DNA from: Patescibacteria group bacterium
GTDB taxonomy: Bacteria; Patescibacteriota; Microgenomatia; PFEM01; JAHIFH01
DNA: 64,000 nt
Assembly: GCA_035529375.1 (NCBI GenBank)
Contig: DATKWU010000009.1
Location: 289,111-353,110, forward strand
Direction: 5' to 3'
Within the stretch, counting starts at the first letter, position 1. Each line of letters starts with the position of its first letter. Under the pieces are notes generated by a model, which worked only from the letters and a program-made list of their open reading frames with translations, did no database searches and had not been told where the DNA came from. Shown here in pieces: positions 10,540-19,413 of the stretch. The translations under genes and the position numbers were made by a program.

Positions 10540-10962
10540 TTAAAGTAGTCTTTTGTTAAGAGTTTGATTGACTAAAGTATCAGCCAATGAATTTTCTTTC
10601 CTTGGAATTAATTGATAAGAAACACCTTTCTCTAATTCTCTTTCCAATTGACGAACTTTAATAACTAAGTTTCTCATTTTAACTTCTTTAACTTTGAAAA
10701 GGCCATTAAGCTGATTGACCACTAATTTTGAGTCAAGAAAAAATTGGACGCCACTAACCGAAAATTTGGATTTGTCCACTAACCATTTTAAAGCTTCAAT
10801 TACTGCTTGATATTCTGCGACATTGTTAGTGGTTCTACCAATATATTTTCCTTGCTGATAGACAGTTTTCCCCATCTTGTCTTTAACAACAAAACCTATG
10901 GCCGCCGGGCCAGGATTGCCTCGGGATCCACCATCAGCGAAAACTAAAAAATCTTTTTTCAT
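10540..10962 (-). CDS. rnhA: Ribonuclease HI family
   Basis: ADGGSRGNPGPAA, TNNVAEY, DSKLVVNQ, NSLAD. Confidence 0.88.
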   Translation of the reverse strand: MKKDFLVFADGGSRGNPGPAAIGFVVKDKMGKTVYQQGKYIGRTTNNVAEYQAVIEALKWLVDKSKFSVSGVQFFLDSKLVVNQLNGLFKVKEVKMRNLVIKVRQLERELEKGVSYQLIPRKENSLADTLVNQTLNKRLL

Positions 10963-10963
10963 T

Positions 10964-12286
10964 TCAAAAAATCTTACCACGATTCTTAATAAATTCAACC
11001 ACTGTTTTTGGAAATTGAATAGGTGAAGGAATAATTCCTAATAAGCGGAAAATAAAAATTGTTGTAATTAACAAAACAAGTCCTTCAGTAAAAATGGTTA
11101 CGACCGCTGCCCCATAGTAAGAGAATTGAGGTATAATCAAAGCATTACTAACTACGTTAAAAATTAAAGCTCCAAAGGCAATGAAAAAATAACGACGCTG
11201 TTTTCCTAGGGCAACAATGGTATAGCCAGTTAGATGATTAAGATAGGCCAAGAAAAGAGCTATGGCTAATAATCTTAAAACAATGACAGAATCGCCAAAT
11301 TCCGAAAAACGTTTCTGGGTGATCAATTTAACAGCCAAAGGGGCAAAAAACCAGACACTAATCATTGCCGTCAAAGACATTAATAATAAAATGTCAAAAG
11401 ACTTCTGATAAATATTTTTTACTTTTTCTTTCCATTTATTCAAATCAGAATAGCGAGAGAGAACAGGAAGAAGAGCAATCATAAAATAAGCAGCTCCTAA
11501 AATTAAAACATCATAAATCCGATAGGCAGCCGCATAAATCCCTACTGCCCCACTGCCCTTAATTGAACCCAACATAACCGTATCAATTTTATTATCAATA
11601 GTAAAAATCAAAAGGATCGCCCCCATAGGGAAGGATTCAATTAACAATTGCTTGACAAATCCCCTATCGAATCGCCAATCAAATCTAATTGTCCTGGTAA
11701 CTAAGAAAAAACCAATCACTATTCCTATCAAATTAGCCAAAACAATCGCCCCAATAAGTGGGATTAATCCTTGGCCTTGCTGGACCAAGAGAAAGCTGAT
11801 TAACAAAATGAGAATACTGGTTACCAAATCAATTACGGTTTGTTTTTGGAGTTGTAATTTAGTTTGGAAAATAACTAACAAAGAGGCTTTGATTGTATTG
11901 AGAATTAAAATCAAAGAACCAAGCATAATTGCTTGGCGAACAATTAATGGTTGGTTTGTTTGAAGAGGAATAATAACCGCAGCGCCGACCATGATTAAAG
12001 CTGCCACTAAGGAAAAAAACATTCTTACTAAAAAGATATTAGCTAAAACTCGACCCTGATCTTTTCTTTCTTTGACTGCCTCACGGGCACCAATCGTAGC
12101 TGTTCCCCAATCGGCAAAAGCCCCAAAGATAATTGCTAAGGCAACCACATACATGTAGTTACCAAAACCTTCAGGTCCTAGATAACCAGTCAAAAGAATG
12201 GTTACCAATAAACCAAAAAAAACGGTAATCGCTTTAGTCCCAATCTGGACAGCTGTGTTAAAAGCTACTTTCTGAGAGAGATTCAT
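10964..12286 (-). CDS. Polysaccharide flippase (Wzx/MOP superfamily)
   Basis: About 12 TM segments, YLGPEGFG, KIDTVML..VGIYAAAY; ATG 12286 coupled to the upstream stop. Confidence 0.85.
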   Translation of the reverse strand: MNLSQKVAFNTAVQIGTKAITVFFGLLVTILLTGYLGPEGFGNYMYVVALAIIFGAFADWGTATIGAREAVKERKDQGRVLANIFLVRMFFSLVAALIMVGAAVIIPLQTNQPLIVRQAIMLGSLILILNTIKASLLVIFQTKLQLQKQTVIDLVTSILILLISFLLVQQGQGLIPLIGAIVLANLIGIVIGFFLVTRTIRFDWRFDRGFVKQLLIESFPMGAILLIFTIDNKIDTVMLGSIKGSGAVGIYAAAYRIYDVLILGAAYFMIALLPVLSRYSDLNKWKEKVKNIYQKSFDILLLMSLTAMISVWFFAPLAVKLITQKRFSEFGDSVIVLRLLAIALFLAYLNHLTGYTIVALGKQRRYFFIAFGALIFNVVSNALIIPQFSYYGAAVVTIFTEGLVLLITTIFIFRLLGIIPSPIQFPKTVVEFIKNRGKIF

Positions 12287-13521
12287 TATTCCCATGATAA
12301 ACCAAAAACTATTGCCAATAAAAGCTGAGATTGTTGAAGAGTAAACCAATAATGATCAAAAAGACCTAATGACAAAACAACACTGAGAGCCAAAATTAAT
12401 TGCCAGGAGCTAGTTGTCAATAACCTTCTAAAAGTTAAACCGAGAAGCCAGAAGAAAATCAAAAGCCCAACGAAACCAGTTTCAGCTAAGATAAGTAAAT
12501 AAATATTATGGACTGGCTGCAACCAGTAAGTTGTTCCAAATTGCTGCCAATAAAAAGGCAATTGGGGAATAAAATTATTAAAACCAATACCTGAAAGGGG
12601 ATTAGCTCGTATCATTTTAATTGCCACTTGGGCTAGAGAAAAGCGCTGCCAAACAGTCTCCCTACCAGAGAGTGGTAAAGCGATCTGGTAGTAAAAACCA
12701 CTGATTAAGAGCAGACTAATAATGGTGATTATCACTAAAACTGACTTTCTCCTTTTTTGCCACTGATTCTTAATCACTAATCCTAGGCCAACTAAAATAC
12801 TTATTAGCCAAACAGAGCGAGAAAAAGAAAAAATAATGGCGACCCCACCTAAAATTAAGGCAAACCAGGTAATCACTTTTCTAAATCCTTGCCTTCTTAT
12901 ACCTAAGCCAATTAAAATCATTGAAACCAAAATAAAACCTGCCAAAACATTAGGATGGGGAAAAGTAGCGTAGGGTCGAAGAATTAAACGGCCACCAATA
13001 ATGGTTTTGGCAATTCCGGGCGTAATCAAACTAAAGTTCCTTTCTCCCAACCACCAAAAAAGACCACCAACCGTCCCCTGTTTAATAAATTGGGTTAAAG
13101 TAATTAAAGCACTATAAATTATTGCTCCGCTTAAAGGAAGAATAATCTCGTTTATTTTATATTGTTCTTTGAATACATAGAATCCAAGAAAGACAAACTC
13201 AATTACTTTAGCCAATTTGAAAATAGCCGCTTCTTTATTAGGAGCCAAAAGGGCATTGACCAAAAGAAAAAGAAAAATTGCTAAAAACCACCAATTATTT
13301 TTCAACCAATCGACAGCTTTTTTTAATCTTAACGGAGATCTCGTCTCAATCAACCAGAAAAGAAGAATAACAAAAACTAGCAAGTCAGTTAAATAAATAG
13401 TTGGGGATAGATAATCAATCGGTAGACCTAAAACTTGGGTCCATTCCGGCCAGAAATGGCGACCGAGCTGAATGGGCAATAAAAAAACTAAAAGCCCAAA
13501 CAAATAGCGATGTAATTTCAT
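12286..13521 (-). CDS. O-antigen ligase/Wzy-like membrane protein
   Basis: RPYATFPHPNVLAGF, SFSRS, GIGFNNF, QPVHNIYLLILAETG. Confidence 0.85.
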   Translation of the reverse strand: MKLHRYLFGLLVFLLPIQLGRHFWPEWTQVLGLPIDYLSPTIYLTDLLVFVILLFWLIETRSPLRLKKAVDWLKNNWWFLAIFLFLLVNALLAPNKEAAIFKLAKVIEFVFLGFYVFKEQYKINEIILPLSGAIIYSALITLTQFIKQGTVGGLFWWLGERNFSLITPGIAKTIIGGRLILRPYATFPHPNVLAGFILVSMILIGLGIRRQGFRKVITWFALILGGVAIIFSFSRSVWLISILVGLGLVIKNQWQKRRKSVLVIITIISLLLISGFYYQIALPLSGRETVWQRFSLAQVAIKMIRANPLSGIGFNNFIPQLPFYWQQFGTTYWLQPVHNIYLLILAETGFVGLLIFFWLLGLTFRRLLTTSSWQLILALSVVLSLGLFDHYWFTLQQSQLLLAIVFGLSWE

Positions 13522-13985
13522 AGCTTAGGCCGAACCACCACATACCGATTCCGGCCTTCTCCTTCAGAAACCGTTTCGATATCAGCCTCATCCGCTAGAA
13601 CTAGATGGATTATTCTCCTTTCAGAAGCAGGCATTGGTGGTAAAGATTGAGCCTCTTTAGAAAAACGCGCTTTTTGAGCCGCAATCTTAGCCATCTTCTC
13701 TAAAGTCTCTTGTCTTCTCTGACGGTAATCACCAACATTAACTGTTATCTTCACCCACTCTTCTCTTTTTCGATAAATAATCATGGCCACTATCCTTTGA
13801 ATTGCCCTTAAGGTTTCACCATGATAACCAATAAGAATACCAGGATCATTGGTCTCTAGTTGAATCTGGTAGAGTTCTTTATCTGAACTAACATCTACTT
13901 CTGCTTCAACCCCAAGAAGGTTAAGGAGATTTTTAACAATTTCTTTGATTTCTGTTATTTTTTGATCTTTAGTTTTTTGAGCCAT
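13518..13985 (-). CDS. jag: Jag/KhpB KH-R3H RNA-binding protein
   Basis: LIGYHGETL (KH), MPASERRIIH (R3H); synteny with yidC. Confidence 0.9.
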   Translation of the reverse strand: MAQKTKDQKITEIKEIVKNLLNLLGVEAEVDVSSDKELYQIQLETNDPGILIGYHGETLRAIQRIVAMIIYRKREEWVKITVNVGDYRQRRQETLEKMAKIAAQKARFSKEAQSLPPMPASERRIIHLVLADEADIETVSEGEGRNRYVVVRPKL

Positions 13986-14767
13986 GGTTCAACGCCGCCC
14001 CAACCGCCAATGAAATATTGTTGGATAATCATTATCAGCGAAAAGGCAGACCAATAGAGAACCAAACCAGAAGGAAAAGAATAACCAATAAGAATCGTCA
14101 ATAAAGGAAAAAGATAGGTCATTTGAGTTTGCATTGAAGTCGCCATATCATCAGCTTTACCTGGCGTTTTGGCTGCTTCTTTTTGGGCAGTGGCTAAAGC
14201 CGGCATCATCATTTTCGAAGAAATTAACTGCGACAAAGCAGCCGCTAATAAAAAGAAACCTGGCAGGGGAAAAGGCAAACCAGCGATTGGGAAAACATCT
14301 GGTTTCGCCAAATCTAAGTACAAAAATTTCGTATTGATGACTGTTTCTACTGGCAACCGTAATTGGGAATAAAGGATTTCGTTAAGTTTTTGAATAACAT
14401 CTCCATCAATCCTTAAAACCTGGATAAAAGCTTGATAAAGAGCAATTAAAACAATCAATTGAATAATTTGGGGAAAACAGCCAGCAGCCGGATTGGCTCC
14501 GTGTTTTTTATAAAGATCCATTTGGGCTTTGGTATAAGCTTGTTTATCCTTACCATATTTCTTTTTAAGCTTTTCCAGCTCAGGCGCGAGTTCTTTCATT
14601 TTATTAGTCGCTTTCATTGAAGATTGAGTTAAAGGTAAAAGAAGGAGGCGAATCCCAACGGTCAAAACAATAATTGCCAGACCAAAATTATGGAAAAGTA
14701 ACTGGTAAAGAAAAATCAAAGCGTTAACCAGGGGTTGATATAAAAGCAAGTGCCAGAGTTCTCTCAT
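13955..14767 (-). CDS. yidC: Membrane protein insertase YidC/Oxa1
   Basis: GLAIIVLT..RLLLLPL, NPAAGCFP, PSGLVLYW. Confidence 0.92.
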   Translation of the reverse strand: MRELWHLLLYQPLVNALIFLYQLLFHNFGLAIIVLTVGIRLLLLPLTQSSMKATNKMKELAPELEKLKKKYGKDKQAYTKAQMDLYKKHGANPAAGCFPQIIQLIVLIALYQAFIQVLRIDGDVIQKLNEILYSQLRLPVETVINTKFLYLDLAKPDVFPIAGLPFPLPGFFLLAAALSQLISSKMMMPALATAQKEAAKTPGKADDMATSMQTQMTYLFPLLTILIGYSFPSGLVLYWSAFSLIMIIQQYFIGGWGGVEPWLKKLKIKK

Positions 14768-14787
14768 TTTAAATTTAACAAAATAAT

Positions 14788-15024
14788 TTATCTAACTGGA
14801 TCATCGCCTCCTTTGTTCCAGGGATGACACCTTATAATTCTTCTTAAGCCTAAAAGGCTGCCTCGGATTATACCATAGCGTTCGACTGCTTGATAGGTGT
14901 ATTCAGCACAAGTTGGCTGAAAACGACAGGCAGCATCCGACAAGAAAAAAAACTTAAGAAGCGATGAGCGAAAAAACCAGGATTTTTTGTAGGCTTTAAT
15001 TAGAGCCAAAAAGACTTTCTTCAC
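14788..15024 (-). CDS. yidD: Membrane protein insertion efficiency factor
   Basis: [19 protein letters not shown]. Confidence 0.92.
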   Translation of the reverse strand: MKKVFLALIKAYKKSWFFRSSLLKFFFLSDAACRFQPTCAEYTYQAVERYGIIRGSLLGLRRIIRCHPWNKGGDDPVR

Positions 15025-15363
15025 TTATTCAATCACCCCCACCTTGAGAAAAAGTTTCTTAATTTCCGCTCTAATCTCTTGATCATCAACATTAATAATC
15101 TTTTTTTTAGCTAAAAAAACAACATCAAAACTAGGTTTAATTTTTAAAGTCATAATCGTTTCACTTAATAATCTCTTCACTCGATTTCTCTTAACGGCTT
15201 TTTTATGAATTTTAGAGGAAATGATGAAACCAAAACGTGTTGGTTGGCTTTTACTAGATTTACTTACCTGGAGACTAAATAATTTTCCTTGAATAAGTCT
15301 GCCTTCTTTTTTAACTCGCTTTAATTCCGTTCTTAGGGGAAGACGGTATTTTTTAGGTAACAT
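15025..15363 (-). CDS. rnpA: RNase P protein component
   Basis: RFGFIISSK..KAVKRNRVKR motif; synteny. Confidence 0.92.
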   Translation of the reverse strand: MLPKKYRLPLRTELKRVKKEGRLIQGKLFSLQVSKSSKSQPTRFGFIISSKIHKKAVKRNRVKRLLSETIMTLKIKPSFDVVFLAKKKIINVDDQEIRAEIKKLFLKVGVIE

Positions 15364-15501
15364 TTAAACATTAAGTTTCTTTCGTCCTTTAAGGCGGCGT
15401 CTTTTAATAACCTTCCTACTATTTCCTGTCTTCATTCTTGCTCGAAAACCGTGACTTTTCTTTCTTTTTTTACTTTTGGGTTGATAGGTTCGTTTTGGCA
15501 T
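15364..15501 (-). CDS. rpmH: 50S ribosomal protein L34 (absent from ORF track)
   Basis: Hand translation [45 protein letters not shown]. Confidence 0.95.
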   Translation of the reverse strand: MPKRTYQPKSKKRKKSHGFRARMKTGNSRKVIKRRRLKGRKKLNV

Positions 15502-15550
15502 AGTCTTAGGATACTAGGAAATAAATAAAGAAACAAGAGTATTTTCCTTC

Positions 15551-15580
15551 TTGACATTCTGTGGATAAGTTGTTTAAACT
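15551..15580 (+). promoter_or_regulatory. dnaA sigma70 promoter with a perfect DnaA box in the spacer
   Basis: TTGACA 15551-56, TGTGGATAA 15560-68, TAAACT 15575-80. Confidence 0.75.
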
Positions 15581-15618
15581 GGAAATCACCCCTGCTCCAC
15601 GGTAATTAATCTTTAAAC

Positions 15619-16998
15619 ATGGAAAAAGATAAACTCTGGCAAACCGTTTTAGAAAATTTAAAACTCACTCTCTCTTCAGCTAATTTCGCCACTTGGTTTC
15701 CCCAAACATTCATCAATAAGGTAAAAGAAGTTAATAAAGAACATCAGATTATCGAAATTGCTTCACCTTCTTCCTTTATTAGAGACACCATTGAAAATCG
15801 CTATTATGGTTTAATCAAAGAAGCTTTGGATAAAACAACAAAGAAAAAAAATGATTTGACCTTTATTATTAAACAGTCCAAGAAAACTAAAGGTGAAACT
15901 GTAAGGGCAACTAAAGAAGGGCCTCTCTTTGAAAAAACAAAACCAGAAAAATCGGTCACCCAGGAAGCGATCATTCGGGCCGGTCTCCGGCCAGATTTTA
16001 ATTTTGAAACTTTTGCTGTTAATACCACTAACCAAATGGCTCATGCAGCTGCCAGAGCAGTCGCTGACTCACCTGGTAAGGCCTACAACCCACTTTTCCT
16101 TTATGGTGGGGTTGGCGTTGGGAAGACTCATCTGATGCAAGCTATTGGAACGGCTGTCCTTGAACGCCGCCCAAGGACAAATATTATCTACTGTATGGGT
16201 GAGGAATTCACCACTGAAATTGTAGACGCTATTCGGAAGAAAACGACCAAACAATTTAAAGATAAATATCGATCGGCCAAGATCCTTTTAATTGATGATA
16301 TTCAATTTATTGCTGGAAAAACAACTGTTCAGGAAGAGTTCTTTCATACTTTCAACGCTATTTGGCGGGCCGGAGGCCAAATTGTGATGATTTCTGATCG
16401 ACGACCTGATGAAATTAGCAATCTTGAAAACCGTCTTCGCTCCCGTTTTGAAGGCGGCTTAATTATTGATATCCAAGATCCTGATTTTGAATTAAGAACA
16501 GCTATTGTCCTTATCAAAGCCCAACAGCGAAGAGTTAAATTGCCGATGGACGTTGCTCAGTTAATTGCCGGCAATATCACTTCTACTCGTCGTTTGGAAG
16601 GTTTTCTTATTCGTTTAATTACCGAAACAAAAACAAAAAACGAACCGATTACTCCCGAATTGGCTTCAGCTATCTTAGGCACAACTAACACTGAATCAAT
16701 ACCTAAAAGAATTGTTAAACCAAAAGAGGTTCTGAGCGCCGTCGCCGGTTTTTACAATTTTAAAAATCGCGACCTCCTAGGACCAAGAAGGCCAAAAAAA
16801 TTAGCCTTATGTCGTCAAGTCTTAATGTATCTTCTACGGACGGAATTAAAAATGCCTTTGATGGATATTGGTCAATTTCTTAATAATCGCGACCACACTA
16901 CGGTGATGTATGGGGTTGAAAAAATTACTAAACTTTTACCTGAATCTGAAGATTTACGAGTGGATATTGTGGGGATAAAACAAAAACTTTATGGATAA
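15619..16998 (+). CDS. dnaA: Chromosomal replication initiator
   Basis: YNPLFLYGGVGVGKTHL, LLIDDIQF, RLRSRF, RDHTTVM. Confidence 0.98.
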   Translation: MEKDKLWQTVLENLKLTLSSANFATWFPQTFINKVKEVNKEHQIIEIASPSSFIRDTIENRYYGLIKEALDKTTKKKNDLTFIIKQSKKTKGETVRATKEGPLFEKTKPEKSVTQEAIIRAGLRPDFNFETFAVNTTNQMAHAAARAVADSPGKAYNPLFLYGGVGVGKTHLMQAIGTAVLERRPRTNIIYCMGEEFTTEIVDAIRKKTTKQFKDKYRSAKILLIDDIQFIAGKTTVQEEFFHTFNAIWRAGGQIVMISDRRPDEISNLENRLRSRFEGGLIIDIQDPDFELRTAIVLIKAQQRRVKLPMDVAQLIAGNITSTRRLEGFLIRLITETKTKNEPITPELASAILGTTNTESIPKRIVKPKEVLSAVAGFYNFKNRDLLGPRRPKKLALCRQVLMYLLRTELKMPLMDIGQFLNNRDHTTVMYGVEKITKLLPESEDLRVDIVGIKQKLYG

Positions 16999-17198
16999 AA
17001 ATTTCTAGTTATTAACTTATCCACCAAAGAGTGAAAAATATTAACCAAGATTTGAACAAAAAGAAAAACCGAAAAGTAGGTTAATTGGCAAACAAATATT
17101 CACTTGTCAACAAACCAACAACAACAACAATTATTAATAATAAGATTAGGTCCTTGAGATCTTAAAAAATTAAAAGTAAAATTGGGGAGAAGCTTTAA
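16959..17198. other. Probable oriC
   Basis: DnaA-box-like 9-mers at 16970, 16990 and 17017; (CAA)5 plus AT-rich tract 17116-17149; + strand looks C-rich before and G-rich after. Confidence 0.75.
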
Positions 17199-18326
17199 AT
17201 GAAACTTTCAACTCTTCAAGAAAATCTTGCTAAAGGTTTAACAACAGCCAGTCGTTCGGTTGCTAGCCGGGCGCAGTTACCGGTTCTAAATAATATCCTT
17301 CTAGTAACTGACCGGGGTCGGTTAAAACTTTCGGCTACCAATTTAGAAACAGGTGTTAATTATTGGCTAGGAGCTAAGGTTGAGAAAGAAGGGACTCTCT
17401 CGGTTCCGGCTAAGGTTTTTACTGAATTTATTACTTCTTTACCAGCGGAAAAGGTTGAATTAGAAGCTAAAGAGAATAATTTGTTAGTTAATTGTGGTTC
17501 TTATCAAGCTGAATTTAATGGTTTAGCCGCCACTGAATTTCCCAAAATTCCTTCAATCAAGGGTAAGACTGATTTAAGTTTTGTTTCTACTGAATTAATT
17601 GAATCGATCAATCAGGTTGCTTTTGCGGCTGCCCAGGATGAAGGCCGGCCTGTTTTGACTGGCGTTTTGTTGGCGATTGAGGGTAAAAATTTAAGCTTAG
17701 TGGCTACGGATGGTTATCGTTTAAGTTTGAAAAAGATACCGAGTACTAAAGGAATTGCTCAATCTAAAGAATTGAAGAAAGGTTTGATTATTCCTTCGCG
17801 AACTTTGATTGAGTTAGCCCGAACGATTGGCGATTCTGGTCAAGGAAAAGATATTGGTTTGACCATCACAGAGAAATCAAATCAAGCCATTTTTTCCACA
17901 ACTGATATTGAGATAATCTCTCGTTTAATTGAAGGTAAGTATCCTGATTACAAACGGATTATTCCTGATAAAGGCAAGACAAATATTATTCTTGACACCA
18001 CTGAATTGACCAGAGCCATTCGAGTGGCTGCCATCTTTGCCAGGGAAGCAGCTAATATTATTCGCCTTAACATTGACAAAAAAGGTTTAGAAATTACCGC
18101 CAATACGGCTCAGGTAGGCCGAAACAGAGTTCGTCTTGAAGCTAAAGTCAGTGGTCCTGGTGGTAAGATTGCCTTTAATTCTCGTTATCTTTTGGATTTA
18201 TTAGGAGTGGCTAATAGTGAACAGATAAACTTAGAAATGGCTGGTTCTCTGAATCCAGGTGTTTTCACCCTGGTAGGTGAGAAGTCTTATCTCCACATTA
18301 TTATGCCGGTTAGAGTCCAAGAATAA
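17199..18326 (+). CDS. dnaN: DNA polymerase III beta clamp
   Basis: SATNLE, RPVLTG, VATDGYRL, GKYPDY, IMPVR. Confidence 0.97.
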   Translation: MKLSTLQENLAKGLTTASRSVASRAQLPVLNNILLVTDRGRLKLSATNLETGVNYWLGAKVEKEGTLSVPAKVFTEFITSLPAEKVELEAKENNLLVNCGSYQAEFNGLAATEFPKIPSIKGKTDLSFVSTELIESINQVAFAAAQDEGRPVLTGVLLAIEGKNLSLVATDGYRLSLKKIPSTKGIAQSKELKKGLIIPSRTLIELARTIGDSGQGKDIGLTITEKSNQAIFSTTDIEIISRLIEGKYPDYKRIIPDKGKTNIILDTTELTRAIRVAAIFAREAANIIRLNIDKKGLEITANTAQVGRNRVRLEAKVSGPGGKIAFNSRYLLDLLGVANSEQINLEMAGSLNPGVFTLVGEKSYLHIIMPVRVQE

Positions 18327-18333
18327 ATTAGGA

Positions 18334-19413
18334 TTAAAAATGTTCTTGAGTAGGCTTCAAATACTCTGAAGAAATAGCTGGGAGAGTAAGAACAGCTTGA
18401 TAGCGATTACTATCTCTTAGAGTGACGTCACCTTTTAAAAGAAAAACTGGCTGGTGATATTCTTGAACTTCAGTGGTTTCGTAATAGGCAATTGAAACCG
18501 AGGAGATTTTGACTTCTCGGATTTCTTCTGGAAAAGGGATGATTTTATAGTCTCCGCTTTCAGTCATTAATTCAATGATTTGAGCTTGACCCTCTTTAAT
18601 TTCGTTGATAACTTCTTCATAAGATTTAAGAGGATATTGACTGATGACTTCCTGGTCTGTTTGGTGAAGCGAGAAAAAGAGATTAAGGAGATTGCCTTGG
18701 TTATCAACTTTAGCTTCAAGTAAATTTCGAACTTGACCAATGCCAACTAGAGGATAGCCATTAAGACTGGATTTAAAAGTGATATTAAAAATAGTGGCTT
18801 GATCAAGATTGATAACTGGGTTTAATTCCATTCCTACAGGAACAAAGCCGGTCATTACTTCCACCTCTGGCTTACTGGCAGTTAGGCCCCAGGTTTTAAT
18901 TTTTTCGGCTACTAGATCACCAATTTTGGTAGAACTAGTGGTTTGATTTTGGACTAAAGGACTTTTGCCGATAAAAGAAAATTGACCAGAAGAAAGATTG
19001 ACTTTAAGGTAATTTTCTTCCTCTCGCCAGATAAGAAAGTTTCCTTCTTTTCTTTGTTGTTCTTCGGGTGTTCCTAGAAAACCAAGGTCAACAATCATTT
19101 TCGAAAGACGAGAGAGAATTTCTTCCTGGGCGAATTTTTTGATTTGATAAACCGCTAGGGATTTAGGGAAACTGGCAAAATCATTTTCTGAGAGTAAAAC
19201 ATCGTAAATTGGTTCTTTACCCAGTGGTTGACTTAACTCTGATTGGGGTTGAGATAGAGAACCAAATTGAGGTGTTGGTAGGGGCTGAGAAGAAGGAGAG
19301 GTTGGTCGATAGATAAACCGGATGGCCAAAAGGCTGACCACGATAGTGGCTAGTAAAATGAAAAGCCAATAACGTTTAAAAAAATTAAGAATGTTTTCTT
19401 TTTTTATTGACAT
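18334..19413 (-). CDS. Membrane-anchored extracellular hypothetical protein
   Basis: N-terminal TM, 359-aa ORF co-oriented with the T4SS-like operon. Confidence 0.6.
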   Translation of the reverse strand: MSIKKENILNFFKRYWLFILLATIVVSLLAIRFIYRPTSPSSQPLPTPQFGSLSQPQSELSQPLGKEPIYDVLLSENDFASFPKSLAVYQIKKFAQEEILSRLSKMIVDLGFLGTPEEQQRKEGNFLIWREEENYLKVNLSSGQFSFIGKSPLVQNQTTSSTKIGDLVAEKIKTWGLTASKPEVEVMTGFVPVGMELNPVINLDQATIFNITFKSSLNGYPLVGIGQVRNLLEAKVDNQGNLLNLFFSLHQTDQEVISQYPLKSYEEVINEIKEGQAQIIELMTESGDYKIIPFPEEIREVKISSVSIAYYETTEVQEYHQPVFLLKGDVTLRDSNRYQAVLTLPAISSEYLKPTQEHF

